Shown here: positions 51,289 to 61,960 of the stretch, piece after piece
How the letters are laid out: each line of letters begins with the position of its first letter
Position numbering within the stretch: the first letter of the stretch is position 1
Assembly: GCA_963836185.1 (NCBI GenBank)
Contig: CAWIIQ010000002.1
Coordinates: forward strand, 330,144-394,143
Direction: 5' to 3'
Length of the DNA stretch: 64,000 nt
Origin: Candidatus Krumholzibacteriia bacterium
GTDB lineage: Bacteria > Krumholzibacteriota > Krumholzibacteriia > Krumholzibacteriales > Krumholzibacteriaceae
The notes under the pieces: model-generated
The model's input: only the letters and a program-made list of their open reading frames with translations
Told to the model about the DNA's origin: nothing
Databases searched by the model: none
Program-made: the position numbers and the translations under genes

Positions 51289-51458
51289 CTCTCCAGTCCT
51301 GTGTGAAAAAAGAAATCGGAGTCACCCTCCGCTGCAGGTGCTCGCATGTGACGGGACCTGGGAGAGCCGGATTATCCGAGGGGTGCGACCGGCCCTTTGA
51401 GCCTCTGCGGAATCGTGACTCCGATATCCCGGAATTAGATATCAGGTGGCACCGCGTA

Positions 51459-51498
51459 TGTTACTGTCAATAGAATCATGTTTCTATTGACAGTAACA
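51459..51498. promoter_or_regulatory. Perfect 17-bp inverted repeat, candidate operator
   Basis: TGTTACTGTCAATAGAA-tcatgt-TTCTATTGACAGTAACA. It abuts the -10 box of the trpR-like promoter. Confidence 0.7.
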
Positions 51499-51526
51499 GT
51501 ATATCCGGGAAGCGGGGTCTTGTAAA
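51498..51526 (-). promoter_or_regulatory. Sigma70 promoter of the trpR-like gene
   Basis: Minus strand TTTACA -N17- TATACT. Confidence 0.65.
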
Positions 51527-51554
51527 GGGTTATTTTCAGGACCGCCTCTTTTTT

Positions 51555-51583
51555 TTGAATATTCTCTCCGCATGATGTACAAT
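51555..51583 (+). promoter_or_regulatory. Sigma70 promoter of tag
   Basis: TTGAAT -N17- TACAAT. Confidence 0.65.
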
Positions 51584-51608
51584 GTAGCCCCCTGGAAGGA
51601 GAGGATGG

Positions 51609-52175
51609 ATGAAGCGCAGCTGTGAATGGCCCTCTGGCGACCCCCTGATGATCGAATACCACGACACGGAATGGGGAGTGCCTGTCCACGATGACAGGAA
51701 ACTCTTCGAGTTCCTCGTCCTCGATGCCATGCAGGCGGGGCTGAGCTGGCGGACCGTATTGAACAAGCGTGAGAACTTCCGCAAGGCGTTCAGGTCGTTC
51801 GATCCCGTCAAGGTGGCGAAGTTCGGGAAACGCGATCTAGAGAGGCTGATGAAAGATTCCGGCATCATCAGGAACAGGCTCAAGATAGAATCGGCTGTGA
51901 CAAACGCGAAGGCTCTGGTAAAGGTACAGAAGGAGTTCGGGTCGTTTGATTCGTACATCTGGTCGTTCACCGGCGGCAGGACGATAAAGAACAGGTTGAA
52001 GAGTCTCGAAGAGATGCCCGCCGAGTCGGATGAGTCGAGGGCGATGAGCAAAGATATGAAAAAGAGGGGCTTCAGGTTCTGCGGCCCCGTGATATGCTAC
52101 GCTTTCATGCAGGCTGCCGGGATGGTCAACGACCACCTCGTCCACTGCTTCAGGTACAGGGAGGTCGGAAGATGA
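51609..52175 (+). CDS. tag: DNA-3-methyladenine glycosylase I
   Basis: C.W, YHD.EWGVP..DD..LFE.L.L...QAGLSW, GIIRNRLKI, QAAGMVNDH...C motifs. Confidence 0.96.
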   Translation: MKRSCEWPSGDPLMIEYHDTEWGVPVHDDRKLFEFLVLDAMQAGLSWRTVLNKRENFRKAFRSFDPVKVAKFGKRDLERLMKDSGIIRNRLKIESAVTNAKALVKVQKEFGSFDSYIWSFTGGRTIKNRLKSLEEMPAESDESRAMSKDMKKRGFRFCGPVICYAFMQAAGMVNDHLVHCFRYREVGR

Positions 52176-52990
52176 GATCGATGATACTGCTGATCGTTCT
52201 GATGTTGATATTCATGACGGCGGGGTGTGATGAGACTGACCCCCTCGTCGAGGACGAGGATTTCATACTGGCCGTTATGGTCCTCGACGAGGGCGGGCAG
52301 CCGAAGGCGGGGATGAGCGTCGCGAGACTCAACAGTCTCGATGGCATCACTCCGGGATTTTCAAACCAGGTTCCTGCGGTCGCTGCTGACGATCTCGGGA
52401 TATCGTATCCCAATCCCTTCTACGGCGTTACGTCTATCGAATATTCGACTTCCGAAACGAGGAACGTTCTGCTCGAGGTATTCGACTGGCGCGACAATCA
52501 TGTCAGGACGGTCCTTGACGGCAGGATGCAGGCCGGCTCCTACACAGCGAACTGGGACGGGATGGATACGGGTGGGGAAGGTGTCGTTAATGGTGTGTAT
52601 TCCTTTCGCCTGACCATCACCGATACGCTGGATGTCCCGGAGTATTCCTGGAATGGAAGCATCGACTGTACGGTATTCGATCTCAGGGACACCGGGAGGT
52701 ACTGGATAGGTTCGACCGACGCGACCGGATTCTTCTCCACCCGCGACCTCGATCTCTTTCCCTCGCTGCAGGGGCATGGATCCCAGGATGCGTACAATGA
52801 GGTGAAGGACTTTTTGGGGAACTTCTCGTTCAGCGACACAGTTACGATAAAGGTCTCGACGCCGCCTCCCGCTGAGGGAGGATGGATCTATCACATGAGC
52901 CGCCGGGCCGTGCTCGTCGACGGGCCGAACTATCTCGAGTTCTATTTTGTTCCGGACGATTCGACCGGAGTCTTAGCAGAGGGCCGTTGA
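52172..52990 (+). CDS. Lipoprotein with an internal FlgD-Ig/CTD-like domain
   Basis: Lipobox TAGC. SYPNPF...TSI.Y...V.LEVFD....VRT......AG.Y...WDG.D..G..V.NGVY, followed by about 120 further residues. Confidence 0.75.
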   Translation: MRSMILLIVLMLIFMTAGCDETDPLVEDEDFILAVMVLDEGGQPKAGMSVARLNSLDGITPGFSNQVPAVAADDLGISYPNPFYGVTSIEYSTSETRNVLLEVFDWRDNHVRTVLDGRMQAGSYTANWDGMDTGGEGVVNGVYSFRLTITDTLDVPEYSWNGSIDCTVFDLRDTGRYWIGSTDATGFFSTRDLDLFPSLQGHGSQDAYNEVKDFLGNFSFSDTVTIKVSTPPPAEGGWIYHMSRRAVLVDGPNYLEFYFVPDDSTGVLAEGR

Positions 52991-53191
52991 CCGGTCTCAA
53001 AACCCTTTTCGGCTGTTTTCGGGCCGTCCCGGTTTTTTCCCGGGGCGGCCGTATTTTCCTTGGGGCAGCCTGCCGAATGTATTAATATATCAATCCCCGA
53101 TTTACGGTGCATCCGTGCGCTGCCGGGGAACGCATCTCCGGGTCCTGACGGCGGACCCGGAAAAACCAACGAAAGCAAACGGGAGCTGAAC

Positions 53192-53509
53192 ATGGTCGAA
53201 AAGCATCTCGATGCCATTCGCGCTAAGGAATCGGAAGCGCGCGGACGCCTCGCGGAGACCGCGAAAGAAGCTGAGCTTCTCCTGGAAAAAGCGCGCGCCG
53301 AGGGCGAGAAGCTGATCGAGGAAACCAAGATAAGCGGAAACGAACTGATGCGCTCGATGACGGCCGAAGCGAAGAGCGAGGCCGACAGCGAGATCGTGAC
53401 GCTCAGGGCTGGGAGCGCTGAAGCGTGGGCGGAACTCGATGGAGCCGCCGGACGCAACCGGGACAAGGCGCTCGAGCTGATCATCCGCACTTTCAGGCAG
53501 GGCCTCTGA
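53192..53509 (+). CDS. A/V-type ATPase peripheral stalk subunit H/G
   Basis: Short Ala/Glu-rich coiled coil (I..KE.EA....E.AKEA...LEKA). First gene of the operon. Confidence 0.75.
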   Translation: MVEKHLDAIRAKESEARGRLAETAKEAELLLEKARAEGEKLIEETKISGNELMRSMTAEAKSEADSEIVTLRAGSAEAWAELDGAAGRNRDKALELIIRTFRQGL

Positions 53510-53530
53510 CCCTGGCCGGGAGGGACTCAT

Positions 53531-55483
53531 TTGGCTGTCAGCCGCATGCTGAAGATGCAGCTGCTGGGACATTCTTCCATAAAGGATGATCTCAAGAGGT
53601 ACCTGCGCGCCCACGGCGTCGTGGAGATCACGACGAGGGAGGTGGATTCGGCCCCTCTCGAGCCGCGCAGAGATCTCGAGACCGGACTTGAGAGCGCCGA
53701 CAACGCGCTCGATTTCCTCTCCGCGTACGAGCCCCCGAGATCATTCTTCGAGAAAGTCTCAGCCGGCCCGCTCGAGACGAGTGACGGAGCGTCGGCGGAT
53801 CTTGCCGGGCGGATCTCCGTGACAGAGATCTCGGACCGGTGCGCGGGCCTTCAGGCCACCGCGCGTTCGGCGAGGGACGAACTGGCGAGGAGTATGGAAC
53901 TCGTCTCGGCCCTGGAGCCATGGATCGAACTCGATGTATCGCTGGGATCCCTGCGCGCCGGAGATTATTCCGTCGAGTTCTGGGCATTCCCCGAGAAGGT
54001 ATCCCCGGTCATACTCGATGAGGCTGATAAAAGGTTCCCTATGACCGTATTCGAGACCGTTGCGACCGCCGGCGGGAGGAGTTTCGTCGCCGTGACAGTT
54101 TCCGACGACGATACCGACCAGCTCGGCGAGATGCTCAAGGAATGGGGCTGTTCAAGGAACTCGTTCGAAGGTCTCACGGGAACCCCGTCAGAGATCATCG
54201 AAGATGAAAGATCGAGCTGGTCCGGATTCGAGAAGGCCGCCGAAGAGGCCGAGGAAGAGGCGAAGCGGCTCGCCGCATCGAACGACGAGATAAGGATACT
54301 CTCCGATTATTACAGGGAAGCGATCGGCCTCGAAGAGGTCGAAAGGCTCCTGTCGAAGACAGATTCGACTTTTCTGATGGAAGGATGGGTGCGTGCCCTC
54401 GACAGAGCCTGGCTGGTAAAGGAGCTGGGTGAGCAGTTCGCCGAGGCAGAGGTGTCTTTCAGGGAGCCTCTCGAGGACGAGGATCCTCCCATACACCTCG
54501 ACAACAGGGCGTTGACGAGACCGTACGAATTCGTCACGACACTTTACGGCAGGCCGGTCTACAGGGAGGACGACCCGACACCGCTGCTCGCTCCTTTCTT
54601 CGTCCTATTCTTCGCGATGTGCCTGACCGACGCCGGATACGGGCTTACCCTGGCGGCGCTCGCTGCTTTCGTGCTGCTCAAGTTCAAGCCGAAAGGAGGT
54701 GCGAGGAATCTCTTCAATCTTCTCTTCTTCGGCGGACTGGTAACGGCTGTCATCGGGATCATAGCGGGCGGGATATTCGGGTTAGGTATCGATTCGTTCC
54801 CCGGCTGGCTTAAGCCTTTCGTCCTTATCAATCCGCTGGCGGAACCGATGAAGATGCTGAACATCTCGTTCCTCATGGGGATCGTCCACATCCTTTTCGG
54901 TATAGGATTGCGGATGAGAGCCGACTTCAGGGCGGGCTTTATCGCCGACGCACTCTTCGACGACCTTACCTGGATCATATTCATCGCGGCCCTCGCGCCT
55001 CTCGGATTCGCCGGCATACTCGGGGGCGAGGTGCCGTCGCCGATCTTAAGCGCCGCTACCGGGGCATCGCTCGGGTGCGCCGTCGTAATATTCCTGACAG
55101 GCGGCAGAAAGCAGAAATCGTTCATCATGAAGGTCCTCGGCGGGCTGGTGAAATTCTACGATATAGTCGGCTACTTCGGCGATGTCCTCTCGTACGCACG
55201 CCTCCTCGCTCTCGGGCTGGCGACGAGCGCGATCGCGCTGGCGGTAAATGATATCGCGGCGATGGTCAAGGGGATGCCTTACTACATCGGCTATATCGCG
55301 ATGGTCCTCGTACTGATCGGCGGCCATCTGTTCAATCTCGCGGTAAACACTCTCGGCTCCTTCGTCCACTCGGCGAGGCTTCAGTACCTCGAGTTCTTCG
55401 GGAAGTTCTTTACGGGCGGCGGAGCGGAGTTCAAGCCTTTCAGAAGTGAAAGAAAGTATTCTGTACTCAAGGATTCCGACTGA
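53531..55483 (+). CDS. atpI: A/V-type ATPase subunit I (a)
   Basis: MAVSRM.K, DPTP, D.GYG, DVLSYARL.ALGL, VHSARLQYLEFF.KF motifs. Confidence 0.95.
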   Translation: MAVSRMLKMQLLGHSSIKDDLKRYLRAHGVVEITTREVDSAPLEPRRDLETGLESADNALDFLSAYEPPRSFFEKVSAGPLETSDGASADLAGRISVTEISDRCAGLQATARSARDELARSMELVSALEPWIELDVSLGSLRAGDYSVEFWAFPEKVSPVILDEADKRFPMTVFETVATAGGRSFVAVTVSDDDTDQLGEMLKEWGCSRNSFEGLTGTPSEIIEDERSSWSGFEKAAEEAEEEAKRLAASNDEIRILSDYYREAIGLEEVERLLSKTDSTFLMEGWVRALDRAWLVKELGEQFAEAEVSFREPLEDEDPPIHLDNRALTRPYEFVTTLYGRPVYREDDPTPLLAPFFVLFFAMCLTDAGYGLTLAALAAFVLLKFKPKGGARNLFNLLFFGGLVTAVIGIIAGGIFGLGIDSFPGWLKPFVLINPLAEPMKMLNISFLMGIVHILFGIGLRMRADFRAGFIADALFDDLTWIIFIAALAPLGFAGILGGEVPSPILSAATGASLGCAVVIFLTGGRKQKSFIMKVLGGLVKFYDIVGYFGDVLSYARLLALGLATSAIALAVNDIAAMVKGMPYYIGYIAMVLVLIGGHLFNLAVNTLGSFVHSARLQYLEFFGKFFTGGGAEFKPFRSERKYSVLKDSD

Positions 55484-55975
<492 letters not shown>

Positions 55976-56008
55976 GGCAACGGCACCAGAACGAACGGAA
56001 GATATGTC

Positions 56009-56599
56009 ATGTCGATCGAGAAGATAATAAGCAAGATAGACGAGGATTCCCGGACCGCCGTAGCGGCCGCGCTCGAGCGGGCTGGGGAGGAAGCTGCCTT
56101 GTTGTCCGCGAGGTACGTCCGCAGGGCGGAGGAACTCGAGGCAGGGCTGCGCGCGAGGGCGGGGAAAAAGGCCGCCGAAGAGAAACGCCGGCTGCTCGTA
56201 AGCGAGCAGCTCGAGCTGCGAAAGGCCGAGCTGGTCCGTAAGAGGGAGATCCTTGCGAAGCTGTATGATGACGCCAGGAAGAACATCAATTCGCTTTCGG
56301 GCGAGGACTATCTCGCGCTCATCCGCGCCCTCATCATATCGAGGTCCATATCAGGGGCAGAGGAGATAGTGCCCGCGGCCGGACAGACCGCTCAGCTCTC
56401 TCCGGATTTCCTCGCGAAACTGAACAGCGGGTACCCGGGCGGCGGAAAGTTCACGGTCGCCGCCGAAGAAGGATCATTTGACTGGGGAGTGGTGCTGAGA
56501 GAGGGCAGGCGAACGATCGACCTGTCGCTCGGCACTGTATTCGACCAGGTCATGGACAGGATCGAGCCGGAAGTCGCGGCGATCCTGTTCCAGCAGTAA
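56009..56599 (+). CDS. atpE: A/V-type ATPase subunit E
   Basis: MSIEKII.KI, coiled coil, C-terminal GVVL...VAAILF. Operon position. Confidence 0.88.
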   Translation: MSIEKIISKIDEDSRTAVAAALERAGEEAALLSARYVRRAEELEAGLRARAGKKAAEEKRRLLVSEQLELRKAELVRKREILAKLYDDARKNINSLSGEDYLALIRALIISRSISGAEEIVPAAGQTAQLSPDFLAKLNSGYPGGGKFTVAAEEGSFDWGVVLREGRRTIDLSLGTVFDQVMDRIEPEVAAILFQQ

Positions 56600-56614
56600 A
56601 GGAAGAGAGAGCCG

Positions 56615-57577
56615 TTGGCCGTCGATTTTACATACGCTGTAGCGAGACTCAGGTCCATCGAGGCGGGCATGCCGGACAGGGCGTGGTTCATGCGCATGGT
56701 GCGCTCTCCCGCCCGCCAGCTCCTCTCGGGAGTCAGGGAGTATTACGACGGGTTCGAGGGAGTCGACGAGCTTCACGGATTCGAGGCGGGGATAGAGGCC
56801 GACCTGGCCTCGCTCTTCGATCTCTTTTCGTCGGTCCTCGGCGAGGGCCCTGTGACGGAGTTCCTGCGCGCCTCGGCTGATTTCGACAATTATGTGCTGG
56901 CCGTCAAGGGCGGGATGCTCGGCGCGGAGCCGGTTCTTGTGCCGTACGGGCAGGCGGGGACAGATGTCGTGGCGGCAGCCGCTTCGAGCGGCGACGCGAC
57001 CTTCCTTCCCGCTTACCTCAAGGAACTCGGTGAGATCCTCGCCGGCCCCAGAGAGAAGGGCCTTCCCGTATCGCTCGACCGTGAGGGAGAGAGCGCGAAA
57101 TGGAGGTTCCTGCTCGCGGCGGCTCCTTCGGAGGATGCCCGCCGGTGGGTCAGGCACAGGATAGACAGGGGAAATATAAAATCTTTCGCGAGGCTCCGGC
57201 TTACCGACCTGCGAAAGGGAGATACGGCGGACGCATGGGTAGCCGGAGGAACGATAGAGGCGTCGAGATTCGAGTCCCTCTACCCCGAACCGTTCGAGGA
57301 TTTTCTCTCCTTCCTCGGATCGACTGAGTGGCGGGGGCTGCCTGCCAGGGGATTCGGCCGCGATATGGAAGCCTGGAGGATCGACACGGCGCTCGATTCG
57401 GCGATGTTCGACCTTACGAGCGGCAGCCGCTCGTGTTTCTTCGACATCGTGCCGCTGCTCTATCACATCGAGCTTAGAGAAAGAAACGCACGCATACTGA
57501 GGACGATATTCACGGGCAGGATAAACAACCTGCCGGAAGACGACATGATAGAGAGCGTCGAAGCGCTTCTCTCATGA
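56615..57577 (+). CDS. atpC: A/V-type ATPase subunit C (d)
   Basis: YAVARLR..E, ID..NIK...R, E.....LR.I..G..N motifs. Operon position. Confidence 0.85.
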   Translation: MAVDFTYAVARLRSIEAGMPDRAWFMRMVRSPARQLLSGVREYYDGFEGVDELHGFEAGIEADLASLFDLFSSVLGEGPVTEFLRASADFDNYVLAVKGGMLGAEPVLVPYGQAGTDVVAAAASSGDATFLPAYLKELGEILAGPREKGLPVSLDREGESAKWRFLLAAAPSEDARRWVRHRIDRGNIKSFARLRLTDLRKGDTADAWVAGGTIEASRFESLYPEPFEDFLSFLGSTEWRGLPARGFGRDMEAWRIDTALDSAMFDLTSGSRSCFFDIVPLLYHIELRERNARILRTIFTGRINNLPEDDMIESVEALLS

Positions 57578-57599
57578 CGCGGACCCGAAGGGAGCGGCG

Positions 57600-57947
57600 A
57601 TGGCCGTTAACATCGCGGTAATAGGTAACGAGGATTCGATCGAGTACTTCCGGGTTCTCGGGTGCGTTACGTACGAGACCCACGGCGGCGAGCTGACCGA
57701 GAAGCAGTTCCTCGAGATCGTCGAAAGGAAGTTCAAGGTGATCTTCGTCACGGAGGAAGTCTTCCACAAGTACAAGAACCTGATCAGGAATAGATCGCAG
57801 AGGATCTTCCCCGTGGTCAGCATCATTCCCGCGATACACGGAGCGGTCTGGAAGGACGGAGAGCCGCAATCCGAGGGTGTCGCTTTCGAGGAAATAAGAC
57901 ATGCGGTCATAAAGGCCGTGGGACAGGATCTGTCCAGTCCGGATTAA
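57600..57947 (+). CDS. atpF: A/V-type ATPase subunit F
   Basis: IAVIG.ED....F..LG, IFVTE, IP, KAVG motifs. Confidence 0.9.
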   Translation: MAVNIAVIGNEDSIEYFRVLGCVTYETHGGELTEKQFLEIVERKFKVIFVTEEVFHKYKNLIRNRSQRIFPVVSIIPAIHGAVWKDGEPQSEGVAFEEIRHAVIKAVGQDLSSPD

Positions 57948-57966
57948 ACAAGGAGAAAGGCACGAG

Positions 57967-59754
57967 ATGGCCGACGGAAAGATAGTGAAGATCTCGGGTC
58001 CCCTCATCGTCGCCGAGGGGATGGAAGAAGCGAGGATGTTCGAGGTCGCCCGCGTAAGCGACCGCGAGCTGATCGGTGAGATCATCGAGCTGCACGGCGA
58101 CCAGGCGTATATCCAGGTCTACGAGGACACCTCCGGGCTCGGCCCCGGGGAGAAGGTCGTCTCGACCGGCCAGTCGCTGAGCATCGATCTCGGCCCAGGC
58201 CTCCTCGAGTCGATATACGATGGTATCCAGCGCCCGCTCAACGCCATATACGAACAGGCGGGCCATTTCATCACGCGCGGGATCAACGTGCCGGGCCTTG
58301 ACAGGAGCCGGAAGTTCGACCTGATCCCGAATCCCGACCTGAAGGAAGGCGACGAGGTACAGGTCGGCGATATACTCGGTGAGGTCAAGGAGACCGAGCT
58401 GATGGTGCACCGCGTGATGGTGCCCCCGACCCTCAAGGGGGGCATCCTGAAGAAAAAGCCTGAGAAGGGGACTTACACCATCGAGGATGTCATCGCCGAG
58501 ATAGAGGCGGATGGAGAGGTGCAGGAGGTACGGATGGCCCACCGCTGGCCCGTTCGCACACCCCGCCCGATAAAGAGAAAGATCCTTCCAGTCAAGCCGC
58601 TCGTCACGGGACAGAGAGTGATCGATATGTTCTTCCCGATCAGCCAGGGCGGAACGGCCACCGTTCCCGGCCCCTTCGGAGCGGGAAAGACAGTCGTTCA
58701 GCATCAGCTGGCCAAGTGGTCGGACGCGAACATCATCGTATATGTAGGATGCGGGGAGCGTGGCAACGAGATGACCGACGTTCTGCAGGAGTTCCCCGAG
58801 CTGATCGACCCGAAGACGGACCGGCCGCTGATGGAGCGGACCGTGCTTATCGCCAATACATCGAACATGCCGGTAGCGGCCCGTGAGGCCTCGGTATACA
58901 CCGGCATCACGATCGCCGAGTACTTCAGGGACATGGGGTACGATGTCGCGGTGCTCGCCGATTCTACATCGAGATGGGCCGAGGCGATGAGAGAGATGTC
59001 GGGACGGCTCGAAGAGATGCCGGGCGAGGAAGGTTACCCGGCCTATCTTCCCTCGAGGCTCGCGGAGTTCTACGAGCGCTCGGGCAAGGTGATCTGCAGC
59101 GGGAGCGATGAGCGCCAGGGTACGCTCAGCACGATCGGCGCCGTATCGCCTCCGGGCGGGGACCTTTCGGATCCCGTCGTCCAGGCGACGCTGAAGGTCG
59201 TAAAGGTATTCTGGTCGCTCGAGGACACACTGGCCTTCGAGAGGCACTTCCCCGCGATCGGCTGGCTTTCGAGTTATTCGCTCTATCACGACAACCTCAG
59301 AGAGTACTTCCGCAGCGAGGTCGAGGAGGAGTGGGATGATGTGCGGATCACCGCGATGACCCTGCTCCAGAAAGAAGCGGAGCTCAAGGAGCTCGTACGG
59401 CTCGTCGGAGTCGACTCGCTCTCGTCGAGCGACAGGATCGTGCTCGAGACCTCGAAGCATATCAGGGAGGATTTCCTCCACCAGTCGGCGTTCGATCCAG
59501 ACGATGCCTACACAAGACTGAACAAACAGTTCCTCATGCTCAAGATGATCGTCGAGCTCCACAGGGCATGCGAACGGGCGATCGAGAAGAAGGCCCCGCT
59601 TCGCAAGCTGCTCGAGCTTCCGGTAAGGGAGAGGATCACGAGGATGAGATACATAAAGGAAGACGACCTTGCCGAGTTCGATTCGATCCTCGGCGATATC
59701 ACGGCACAGATAGCCGACAGCATGACCGAAAACAGGGTCGGGGAGGCTGAGTGA
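57967..59754 (+). CDS. atpA: A/V-type ATPase catalytic subunit A
   Basis: GPFGAGKT Walker [30 protein letters not shown] motifs. Confidence 0.98.
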   Translation: MADGKIVKISGPLIVAEGMEEARMFEVARVSDRELIGEIIELHGDQAYIQVYEDTSGLGPGEKVVSTGQSLSIDLGPGLLESIYDGIQRPLNAIYEQAGHFITRGINVPGLDRSRKFDLIPNPDLKEGDEVQVGDILGEVKETELMVHRVMVPPTLKGGILKKKPEKGTYTIEDVIAEIEADGEVQEVRMAHRWPVRTPRPIKRKILPVKPLVTGQRVIDMFFPISQGGTATVPGPFGAGKTVVQHQLAKWSDANIIVYVGCGERGNEMTDVLQEFPELIDPKTDRPLMERTVLIANTSNMPVAAREASVYTGITIAEYFRDMGYDVAVLADSTSRWAEAMREMSGRLEEMPGEEGYPAYLPSRLAEFYERSGKVICSGSDERQGTLSTIGAVSPPGGDLSDPVVQATLKVVKVFWSLEDTLAFERHFPAIGWLSSYSLYHDNLREYFRSEVEEEWDDVRITAMTLLQKEAELKELVRLVGVDSLSSSDRIVLETSKHIREDFLHQSAFDPDDAYTRLNKQFLMLKMIVELHRACERAIEKKAPLRKLLELPVRERITRMRYIKEDDLAEFDSILGDITAQIADSMTENRVGEAE

Positions 59755-59755
59755 C

Positions 59756-61195
59756 ATGGTAACCGAGTACAACACCATAACAGAGATAGCAGGACCGCTC
59801 GTAATTCTCGAGCATGTCGATCACGCGACTATCGAGGAGCTTGTCGAGGTCGAACTGCCCAACGGGGAGCAGCGGCGAGGCAAGGTGCTCGAGGTCAACC
59901 GAAACAGGGTCCTCGTGCAGATCTTCGAAGGCACGAGGGGCGTCGACATCGCGAAGACGAAGGTCCGATTCCTCGGCAAGAGCCTCGAGCTCGCCGTATC
60001 CCCCGATATCCTCGGGAGGATCTTCAACGGGCTGGGCACGCCGATCGATGACGGGCCCGCGATAATCCCCGAGAAGAAACTGGACATAAACGGCGATCCG
60101 ATCAACCCGTACGCGCGTGTCTACCCTCAGGATTTTATCCAGACGGGCATCTCGGCGATAGACGGCCTCAATACCCTGGTTCGCGGACAGAAGCTCCCGA
60201 TCTTCTCGGGCTTCGGCCTTCCGCATTCCGAGCTCGCCGCCCAGATCGCCAGGCAGGCGACGGTTCCGGGGAAGGAAGGGGCGTTCGCCATCGTCTTCGC
60301 CGCGATGGGGATCACGTTCGAGGAAGCGAACTACTTCATCCGCGATTTCCAGGAGACGGGCGCGATGGAGAGGGTGGTACTCTTCATCAATCTCGCCAAC
60401 GATCCTACGATCGAGCGTATAGCGACGCCGCGTTCAGCGCTGACAGCGGCCGAGTATCTCGCCTTCGAGAAGGGGATGCACGTGCTCGTCATCCTCACCG
60501 ACATGACGAACTACTGCGAGGCGCTGCGCGAGGTATCGGTCGCGAGAAAAGAGATCCCTGGCAGGCGCGGATATCCCGGATATCTCTACACCGACCTGGC
60601 GACGATCTACGAGCGAGCCGGTATCCTCAAGGGCGAGAAGGAGGGGGAGGTCCTTCCCGGATCGATCACCCAGATCCCCGTCCTCTCGATGCCCGATGAC
60701 GACAAGACCCATCCGATTCCCGACCTTACCGGTTACATCACCGAGGGCCAGGTCATCCTCGACCGGGTCCTGCACCGCAAGGGGATCTATCCGCCGATCA
60801 ACGTCCTGCCCAGCCTTTCGAGGCTCAGGGACAAGGGTATCGGCGAGGGGCGCACACGCGAGGACCATCCGCAGATCGCCAACCAGCTCTTCTCTTCATA
60901 CGCGAGGAGCAAGGAGATCGAGGAACTCGCCGTCGTGCTCGGAGAGGCCGCGCTGACGGAGACCGACAGGGCCTTCATGAAGATGGGGACGCAGTTCGAA
61001 GACAGGTTCGTCCGGCAGGCCCTCGATGAGAACCGCACGATCGAGGAGACCCTTTCGATCGGCTGGGACCTGCTCACGATGATTCCGCGCAGCGAGCTCA
61101 AGAGGATCAAGGACGACATGATCGACAAGTACCTGCCGATGAAGGCCGATGCTGAAGAAGACCTCGCGGCGGTCGAGGAGGAATCGGCAGAGTGA
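59756..61195 (+). CDS. atpB: A/V-type ATPase subunit B
   Basis: [48 protein letters not shown] motifs. Confidence 0.98.
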   Translation: MVTEYNTITEIAGPLVILEHVDHATIEELVEVELPNGEQRRGKVLEVNRNRVLVQIFEGTRGVDIAKTKVRFLGKSLELAVSPDILGRIFNGLGTPIDDGPAIIPEKKLDINGDPINPYARVYPQDFIQTGISAIDGLNTLVRGQKLPIFSGFGLPHSELAAQIARQATVPGKEGAFAIVFAAMGITFEEANYFIRDFQETGAMERVVLFINLANDPTIERIATPRSALTAAEYLAFEKGMHVLVILTDMTNYCEALREVSVARKEIPGRRGYPGYLYTDLATIYERAGILKGEKEGEVLPGSITQIPVLSMPDDDKTHPIPDLTGYITEGQVILDRVLHRKGIYPPINVLPSLSRLRDKGIGEGRTREDHPQIANQLFSSYARSKEIEELAVVLGEAALTETDRAFMKMGTQFEDRFVRQALDENRTIEETLSIGWDLLTMIPRSELKRIKDDMIDKYLPMKADAEEDLAAVEEESAE

Positions 61196-61824
61196 AGAGA
61201 AAGGTCAACCCCAACAGGATGATGCTGCTTCGCCTCCGGCGCAGGCTCGAACTGGCCCGCCGGGGACACAAGCTCCTGAAAAACAAGCAGGAAAAGCTGA
61301 TGCAGAATTTCATCTCGCTCGCCCGTGAGACGACGTCCCTGCGCCGCCGCCTCGAAACGGTCTTCATGGATATATCGATGCATTATCTCAAGGGCCGCTC
61401 TGTCACCGGCAGGCAGCGCCTCGAGGATGCCCTTTCACTCTCCACGATGAAAGGCACCCTCGAGTCTCAGATGCAGAGCGAGATGAACGTCAGGTACCCG
61501 AAGTTCACCTTCACCATCCCCTCCGACGATCCGGCATACGGGCTCGCCGGCACCTCGCCCGAACTCGATGTCTCGTTCGAAAAGCTGCGCGGGAACTTCC
61601 AGGAGCTTCTCGACCTCGCCGCCTCCGAGGACGGTCTCTTCAAGCTGGCCGATGAACTGGAGAAGACGCGCCGCCGGGTGAACGCCCTGGAGTATATCCT
61701 CATCCCGGACCTGGAGACGCAGATCCGGTCGATCGAGAGTAAGCTGAGCGAGGCTGAACGGAGCACGCAGACCCGCCTGATGAAGATCAAGGATATGGTC
61801 GAGGCGAGGGAATCCCGGCAATAG
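61192..61824 (+). CDS. atpD: A/V-type ATPase subunit D
   Basis: [28 protein letters not shown] motifs. Confidence 0.96.
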   Translation: MKRKVNPNRMMLLRLRRRLELARRGHKLLKNKQEKLMQNFISLARETTSLRRRLETVFMDISMHYLKGRSVTGRQRLEDALSLSTMKGTLESQMQSEMNVRYPKFTFTIPSDDPAYGLAGTSPELDVSFEKLRGNFQELLDLAASEDGLFKLADELEKTRRRVNALEYILIPDLETQIRSIESKLSEAERSTQTRLMKIKDMVEARESRQ

Positions 61825-61827
61825 GAT

Positions 61828-61856
61828 TTGACTGACCGGCTTTCTGTAGATATATT
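61828..61856 (+). promoter_or_regulatory. Sigma70 promoter of the downstream secreted protein
   Basis: TTGACT -N17- TATATT. Confidence 0.6.
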
Positions 61857-61960
61857 GAGATATACTCACTCCGTCGGGCTTAACGGAGACCCCACCTGAT
61901 TCTTCCCCGGCCCACCTGAAGGGAATACCCGAAAGACACACTCGAAGAAGGAGCCGTGTC

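Noticed and set aside
51360-51410. Glycine or SAH riboswitch-like words (GGAGAG...CCGAGGGG)
   Set aside because: Key conserved elements (CTCTCAGG; CGCTGCAAC/CCAGGCTCGG) are absent, and the orientation does not lead into a gene.
51459-51498. TTGACA in each arm of the palindrome as divergent -35 boxes
   Set aside because: Neither has a plausible -10 at 16-18 nt spacing. Better promoters exist at 51498-51526 and 51555-51583.
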